NCBI GenBank assembly: GCA_048270185.1
Contig: JBLWTJ010000001.1
Location: forward strand, 96,001-160,000
DNA length: 64,000 nt
Direction of reading: 5' to 3'
DNA from: Bacteriovoracaceae bacterium
Lineage (GTDB): Bacteria > Bdellovibrionota > Bacteriovoracia > Bacteriovoracales > Bacteriovoracaceae
This document shows, piece by piece, positions 58,572 through 64,000 of the stretch. The notes beneath the pieces were generated by a model. The model ran no database searches. It saw only the letters and a list, made by a program, of their open reading frames with translations, and was not told where the DNA came from. Numbering within the stretch: the stretch's first letter is position 1; each line of letters starts with the position of its first letter. The position numbers and the translations under genes were made by a program.

Positions 58572-59978
58572 CTAAGCCGCCTTTACTATTGAGTCTTTAA
58601 TTTGATTTAGCATCTTAGAGTCTTTTTCAAGTTGAGTTGTAATATCTCTAACAGTTTGTAGCTGTACAAGTGATTGGTTACTTGATTCATTAATAGTTAG
58701 AAGTGCTTGTGATAATTCTTTAACTCCGGCATCTTGTTGGTCTGCCGCTGTTGAGATTTCTTTTAATGTATACTCTTGCTGGTTAGAGTTTTGCTCAACA
58801 TTTGAAAAGGACTGGCCAAGCTTGTGGTTAATATCTGTCCAGATTTCAAAAGAGTGAGAGATTTGTGATTGAAAACTTGTTAGCTTTTCTTCAACTGATG
58901 TTACAGAACCATTTAAGAGTTCTTTCGATGAGTTTACAATCTCATTAATTTCAATGGCCGCAATACCTGAACTCGAAGCAAGTTTTCCAATTTCTTCGGC
59001 AACGACAGAGAAGCCTTTTCCATGTTCTCCTGCTCTTGCTGCTTCAACTGATGCATTGAAAGAGAGAAGTTTAGTTTGAAAAACAATATCATTAATAAGT
59101 GTCGTCTTTTCACTAATTGAATTTACTGCTTCAACAACTGAGTTAAGCTGCGAAGAGGAGCTCTCTTGTAAGTCTTTCATATTATCAACAAGCTCTGAAA
59201 GTGATTGCATGAACTTCTCTCCATCACGAATTGCTTTTGAACTTGTACCTATCGATGCCTTTGTTTCATCCATTTTATTGATGACATTTTCAATTTGTAC
59301 CTTTGTTGATTCGGCCATTTGAGAAATTTGCTTTGCTGTTGCTGAAATTTCAGTGATGGCCGATGAATTGGATTGTGAGTTTCCAAATAATTGATTACAT
59401 GAAGCGCTCGACTGCTTTGAGGCATGATCAATATTCTTAACTAGAGGTCCGATATTTTGATTAATTTGTTCTTGTAGGTCGAGAACCTTTTTAAAGCGAT
59501 AGGCGAGAAAGGAGCATGCTGCAGCTTCGATAACTACAAAGCCTGCATGTATGGCCACAATTCCTAAAGAAGCACTATAGTTGAAAATGCTTGCTGGAAG
59601 TAGAAAGTAGAATGCTAAATGGTGGACGGCGGCCGTTGCTGCTGCTGCAATGATAGTCATTGGATTAGCAAATAGACTTAAAATACCAATACAGATGAAA
59701 ATATGAAAGTGCCACTCAATCATTCCCTTTCCTAAATGAATCATAATTCCGGAAAGTGCAATGAATGTGAATCCCATCATGATGGAAGCAATATTTTTGT
59801 TACCAGTTATTTTTTCACAAGTAACTTGTCCGGCCCATAAGAGTATTGGAGCTGCGATTGCAATCGTTAATTCTGTTTTAAAAAATAGGGCCATTGCGAC
59901 AAAGACAGGGATGTGGCCTAGTATCGCATAGCTTGAGTACTTTAAAACTTGTTTTAAATTCAACTCGTAAACAGACAT
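58572..59978 (-). CDS. Methyl-accepting chemotaxis protein with His-rich integral-membrane sensor
   Basis: [24 protein letters not shown]; multi-TM N-domain with [18 protein letters not shown]. Confidence 0.92.
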   Translation of the reverse strand: MSVYELNLKQVLKYSSYAILGHIPVFVAMALFFKTELTIAIAAPILLWAGQVTCEKITGNKNIASIMMGFTFIALSGIMIHLGKGMIEWHFHIFICIGILSLFANPMTIIAAAATAAVHHLAFYFLLPASIFNYSASLGIVAIHAGFVVIEAAACSFLAYRFKKVLDLQEQINQNIGPLVKNIDHASKQSSASCNQLFGNSQSNSSAITEISATAKQISQMAESTKVQIENVINKMDETKASIGTSSKAIRDGEKFMQSLSELVDNMKDLQESSSSQLNSVVEAVNSISEKTTLINDIVFQTKLLSFNASVEAARAGEHGKGFSVVAEEIGKLASSSGIAAIEINEIVNSSKELLNGSVTSVEEKLTSFQSQISHSFEIWTDINHKLGQSFSNVEQNSNQQEYTLKEISTAADQQDAGVKELSQALLTINESSNQSLVQLQTVRDITTQLEKDSKMLNQIKDSIVKAA

Positions 59979-60580
59979 TATATTTTCTCCTGGTACTTTA
60001 ACCCAAATGGATCAAGCAATTTTTGATATTGCTTACTAACCGCACACCCCATAACTGGTAGTGATGCAATTGTTCGATTATTCTTTATTTTATTTAGAAA
60101 TTGTTTGATATCTATTTTTGTAAAAGGTGTGATGACTTTATCTGTGTAGCCACCAACATACTTTGTAATTTTCTTATCATCATAGATTACCAGCAGTGGA
60201 ACACCCTTGATGGCACTTGCTAACTCTTCATCAAGCTTCTTTGTATTGATACTCTTAACTAGGTAGCCTTTCTTTTTTAGCCTTGTGCTATATTGATCTT
60301 TGGTATCATCTATAACTAAGGCAAGCTCAAAAGCTAGAGGGGCACGCTCTAGCAGGTGTGTAAATATTTGCTGAGAACAACTACATTTGGGAGTTAAAAA
60401 ATGGATGACTCCTAATTCTCTTTCTTTCACCTTTGGGAACCATTTGGAAACGACAGTCGTCGATAAGTCTATTGGTGATAGATCAGCATAGTGCCATGAG
60501 TGCATTAATGTAATGACATATGAAACAAGGCCAAGCCATGAAACAATAAATAGAATTTGGGAAAATTTAAGCTTTCTCAT
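59978..60580 (-). CDS. Membrane-anchored thioredoxin-like protein with CxC motif
   Basis: [29 protein letters not shown]; 1-nt overlap with the MCP. Confidence 0.65.
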   Translation of the reverse strand: MRKLKFSQILFIVSWLGLVSYVITLMHSWHYADLSPIDLSTTVVSKWFPKVKERELGVIHFLTPKCSCSQQIFTHLLERAPLAFELALVIDDTKDQYSTRLKKKGYLVKSINTKKLDEELASAIKGVPLLVIYDDKKITKYVGGYTDKVITPFTKIDIKQFLNKIKNNRTIASLPVMGCAVSKQYQKLLDPFGLKYQEKI

Positions 60581-60589
60581 TAGTGTTTC

Positions 60590-60617
60590 TTATCGGGAGT
60601 AATGTAATATTTCTTTA
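60590..60617 (-). promoter_or_regulatory. Putative sigma28 (FliA) promoter
   Basis: Minus strand TAAA-N16-CCCGATAA, 9 nt before the ATG at 60580. Confidence 0.6.
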
Positions 60618-60774
60618 ATATTAGCCTGTTACTTGCTAAAGCTTTGTTTTATCTGAAGCTTTAAGTGGAGCTTATTGTTGAGTGAATAATTTTTGGTCTA
60701 CGTTCAGATACTAGTCAGCTCAACCTATTGTAATCCTGTTATATTGATGGCATCTATTTTGCTTTTAGAATCAT

Positions 60775-61296
60775 GTGAAATCTTTATTACTAATCATATT
60801 CACAGCAGCTCTAGCTCTTAATGTCTCTGCCATGGAGTTTACCTATATCCTTGGTGGTGTAACCCCACATATCCAAAGGCCAACAGGTGCCAATGCTAGG
60901 CCTTTATGTAATGAGTTCTCACAGGGCAGTGGTCTGATCTATAATGAGCTTCATTCTATGCGTGTTAACTATGGTGATAGGTGGTCGACAGGCCTTCTAA
61001 TGGGGGAGAATTCATATTGTGAGCCTATTTGGGGCGCAACTCAGAGCTATCAATTCTATCGTAACCAATATGTTGAATTAAATGGAACTATGGGGTTCTA
61101 TCACTTTGATGAAGATGGTTTTGATTTTAGTGAAGGAGCATACTTTGCTAATTTTGGAAGCTTCTACTTTGTTCCTATTGTTGGTGTAGAAGCTAATTTC
61201 ACGCTTTATCGCTCAAAGAGCTTTCATATCTCTTTTATGAATCTCATTACACCAGTTATTACTAATCATTCATTTGGAATAACTTTTAATTACTAA
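60775..61296 (+). CDS. Hypothetical exported, probable small outer-membrane beta-barrel
   Basis: Signal peptide ..LNVSA; aromatic strands; C-terminal FGITFNY. Confidence 0.65.
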   Translation: MKSLLLIIFTAALALNVSAMEFTYILGGVTPHIQRPTGANARPLCNEFSQGSGLIYNELHSMRVNYGDRWSTGLLMGENSYCEPIWGATQSYQFYRNQYVELNGTMGFYHFDEDGFDFSEGAYFANFGSFYFVPIVGVEANFTLYRSKSFHISFMNLITPVITNHSFGITFNY

Positions 61297-61370
61297 TCAG
61301 ATTTTATTTTTGTTTACTTTAAGATACTTTTAATATAAGCTCAAACTTATACTTAAGATAAGGTTGAATA

Positions 61371-62270
61371 ATGTTAGAAACAAGTCAATTACAAACTCTC
61401 GTGGCCGTAGCAAGGGCCGAAAGCTTTTCTAGAGCGGCCGAAGACCTGAATGTAACTCAGTCTGCCATCTCACAGTCGGTAAAGAATCTTGAGACCAAAA
61501 TAGGTGTTAAGGCCTTTAAGCGAACTGGTAAGAAAGTTGTTTTAACACAAGAAGGTGAAAAACTCTACGAGCTTGCGACAAATTTCTTAAACGATATGGA
61601 TGAGACTCTCGTTCAAATACAAGATAATAAAGACGAAATGAAGGGAAAGATCAGAATTGGAACTCTCACTGGTGTTGGAAAGTCTTGGCTAGCTTCAGAG
61701 CTTTTAAACTTTGCCACTCAACAGGAAGATCTATCAATTCACATCTCTCTTGGTTTTCAAGAAGACCTTATTCGAAGTTTCGAAGAAAATAAGATCGACT
61801 TTCTCGTGTTGCCAGAAGGTGCTCTACCTAAATCTGGTGAAAAGCTTCTTTTGAGTGAGGAAGCTGTAACTTTAGTTTTTCCAAAAGGAAATCCCTTCAA
61901 TATTACACAAGAGACGACTCTTGATGAACTAACAAAAATGCCGACTGTTCTTTTTGAACAAGGTGATCGTCTTTATTATAATTGGTGTCTTGCTAAATTT
62001 GGTAAAAAGCCAAAGAAAGTAAATGTACGCTACTCAATTAACTCACACGGAAATATGCTTCAGGCCGTAAAGAATGGGCTAGGTGTTGCAGTTGTTCCTA
62101 ATCACGTATTGAAGCGTTGGTACTATCAAGATGATATTGAGACTCTTGGGAAAACTTTTGAAGTTTCAAATGATCGCTTCTATATCGTTTATCAAAAAGG
62201 TTCTACTGACCTTGTTCGCGTTAGAAAAACCATTGAAATGTTAACAAAAGAGTCAAACCCATTTCTATAA
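61371..62270 (+). CDS. LysR-family transcriptional regulator
   Basis: SFSRAAEDLNVTQSAISQ..LE, LTQEG, GLGVAVVP. Confidence 0.95.
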   Translation: MLETSQLQTLVAVARAESFSRAAEDLNVTQSAISQSVKNLETKIGVKAFKRTGKKVVLTQEGEKLYELATNFLNDMDETLVQIQDNKDEMKGKIRIGTLTGVGKSWLASELLNFATQQEDLSIHISLGFQEDLIRSFEENKIDFLVLPEGALPKSGEKLLLSEEAVTLVFPKGNPFNITQETTLDELTKMPTVLFEQGDRLYYNWCLAKFGKKPKKVNVRYSINSHGNMLQAVKNGLGVAVVPNHVLKRWYYQDDIETLGKTFEVSNDRFYIVYQKGSTDLVRVRKTIEMLTKESNPFL

Positions 62271-62272
62271 TA

Positions 62273-63346
62273 ATGAAAACTTTCAACCCACAAGATATTC
62301 CTGATTCTATTCAAGAATTTATCTTAGATTGCTGGATGAAAGGCTTTAGACTTTGTCTTGTGGGTGGCTATGTTCGAGATTATTTCTTACAGAGAAGTTC
62401 AAATGATTTTGATTTTGAAATTCGCCATACCAATGGTTTAAAAGGTGAAGCATGGATTGATTTTTTAAAAACTCAATTTCCACAAGCTTCCTATATTGGA
62501 ATGGGTGTCTTGCGCATCAAACTTAGCGATATTGAAATTGAAATATCTTCACCACGCCTTGAAGAATTCAATGATGAGATTGATCACAAGAATTTTTCAC
62601 CAATCTTTGATTCATCTTTAAGCTTTGCTGATTCTTTTAAAAGACGTGATCTTCGTCTAAATGCTATTGGTATAAGCTTTTATGTTGAAAACGGTCATAT
62701 TAGTGGCCAAGTGGAAGATCCTTATAAAGGTATCAATGATATTGAAGATAGAATAATTTCACGCATCTGTGATGACTTCTTCTTCGATCCAGTTAGGCTC
62801 TTAAGGGCCATACGATTTAGTATTAATTTTAACTTTAAAATGGTTAACACCAAAGATTATAAGAAGTTCGATTTATCTAAAATCTCTCTGCACTATCTGA
62901 AGTATGAATCGGGTAAGTGCCATAATCATATCGAATTTATCGAAGTTTTAGTTGCCTTAATTAAAGATTGCAATATTGCCATTCCTAAAGATTTGAATGC
63001 GATTAAGAATTATCAAAGTGATTTTATTATTGATGAAATTCATAATCTTGAAGAGGCAATACTCTATTGTAAGACTATTGTTGATACTGAAATTTATAAA
63101 TTTTTGGCCATAAGAAAGAATTTATATTCTAAGATTAATAATTTTAAAGTAGCAATGAATCTCTACGAAGCAAATCAGACTCCTGATAATCGCTATACTT
63201 ACTTGAAAGAGTTGGCCCGTTTAGAAGAGGAACCTCGCCTTAAGTCCTATGCACTCTATCGAGAAATTAAGAAAAAACTCGAAAATATTCGTACAAGCGA
63301 CGAAAGGACTCAACTTTTAATGGACCTTGCGGCAAAAAATTCCTAA
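62273..63346 (+). CDS. tRNA nucleotidyltransferase / poly(A) polymerase family
   Basis: LVGGYVRD..DFD, RRDL..NAI, DP..G..D, DPVRLLRAIRF. Confidence 0.88.
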   Translation: MKTFNPQDIPDSIQEFILDCWMKGFRLCLVGGYVRDYFLQRSSNDFDFEIRHTNGLKGEAWIDFLKTQFPQASYIGMGVLRIKLSDIEIEISSPRLEEFNDEIDHKNFSPIFDSSLSFADSFKRRDLRLNAIGISFYVENGHISGQVEDPYKGINDIEDRIISRICDDFFFDPVRLLRAIRFSINFNFKMVNTKDYKKFDLSKISLHYLKYESGKCHNHIEFIEVLVALIKDCNIAIPKDLNAIKNYQSDFIIDEIHNLEEAILYCKTIVDTEIYKFLAIRKNLYSKINNFKVAMNLYEANQTPDNRYTYLKELARLEEEPRLKSYALYREIKKKLENIRTSDERTQLLMDLAAKNS

Positions 63347-63419
63347 ATAAATAACGCACTAGATTTATGGTTAAATCTTATGAGATAATGTAAGAAGGAA
63401 AATCCTTCTTGGAGGCATT

Positions 63420-63839
63420 ATGGTTGACATTCATTCAATAATTGCAACTCATAAGAATAAAGAAGTTGAAACAAATCAGCTAGGCTCACTGTCGTCAAAA
63501 TCTGCTGATTTTAGTGAAATTCCAGATATTCTCTTTGACGAAATTCTTGTCGACTATAAACTTAATCGCGTTGAAATAATCATCCTTATGTATCTATACC
63601 GCAAGGTTTGGGATAAGAAAAATCCATATAAAGATCATGGAATTTCCCAATTAATGTCCATGTCTGAAGTTGTTGAAAGACTTAAAATCTCTCTTGATGA
63701 GATCCACCAATCAATTCTTAAGCTTGAAAATTTTGGCTTTATTTCAACCATTCGTGTTGGGCAATATTTCGTACGCAGATTCTTTACTAAGGAATTTGAC
63801 GAGTATTATGGCCAGAATTACGATGATTTTGAAGTATGA
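63420..63839 (+). CDS. Hypothetical protein, probable winged HTH
   Basis: GGAGG SD; LNRVEIIILMYL..EVVERLKIS..LENFGFI pattern. Confidence 0.6.
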   Translation: MVDIHSIIATHKNKEVETNQLGSLSSKSADFSEIPDILFDEILVDYKLNRVEIIILMYLYRKVWDKKNPYKDHGISQLMSMSEVVERLKISLDEIHQSILKLENFGFISTIRVGQYFVRRFFTKEFDEYYGQNYDDFEV

Positions 63840-63933
63840 TTTTAAACACTCAAATAATTTCGCTTAGTTAACACAAGATTTACATTTTCATGGTATTATT
63901 TAGATAAGTAATAATCATTTGATCGGAGCGAAT

Positions 63934-64000
63934 GTGACGTCGAAAAGTATTATTTATTTAGGCCATGACTTAGGTTACTGGGATGACCTCAAGAAGAGGT
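63934..64000 (+). CDS. 5' end of a CDS running off the window
   Basis: GGAG SD then GTG ACG TCG AAA..., open to the window end. Confidence 0.5.
   Translation, partial: MTSKSIIYLGHDLGYWDDLKKR

Noticed and set aside
63350..63378. dif-like sequence (..CGCACTAGATTTATGGTTAAAT)
   Set aside because: The XerD-like arm has an extra G, the XerC arm and spacer do not fit, and the AGATTTA/TAAATCT dyad is better explained as an operator or promoter element.
1..64000. tRNA, rRNA, tmRNA, CRISPR arrays, anti-phage defence or prophage genes
   Set aside because: No cloverleaf/T-loop signatures, repeat-spacer arrays or recognisable phage/defence motifs were seen by eye; tRNAscan, Infernal and DefenseFinder would be needed to exclude them.

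Overview
AT-rich, gene-dense bacterial chromosome segment. Gene content points to a predatory Bdellovibrionota, probably Halobacteriovorax/Bacteriovorax-like (inference). The clues are a DacB endopeptidase-ankyrin pair, a stand-alone EF-G of the spirochete/deltaproteobacterial type, cdaA-cdaR-glmM-pdxJ, and sigma28/sigma54-type promoters. Most genes are core: rpsP, khpA, queF, bfr/bfd, speB-speA, speD-speE, rnc-era-der, bamB, infC-rpmI-rplT, glmM, pdxJ, tsaE, fusA. I saw no rRNA, tRNA, CRISPR array or intact transposase. Items worth follow-up: (1) a single 810-aa ORF fusing an intact ferrochelatase to a full MFS transporter, convergent with bfd-bfr; (2) a consensus sigma54 promoter driving an unannotated, structured ~140-nt transcript or 37-codon ORF; (3) a 30-bp inverted-repeat element that supplies the 3' end of nnrD, next to an AT-rich two-gene islet with a frameshift; (4) a tyrosine recombinase homologue with several catalytic residues replaced; (5) a eukaryote-type AdoMet decarboxylase; (6) a PilZ-GAF-AAA+ regulator lacking GAFTGA; (7) Der with a ~110-aa acidic insert; (8) a four-MCE LetB-like protein; (9) a set of FliA-like promoters. 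All calls come from reading motifs by eye; no database searches were run.
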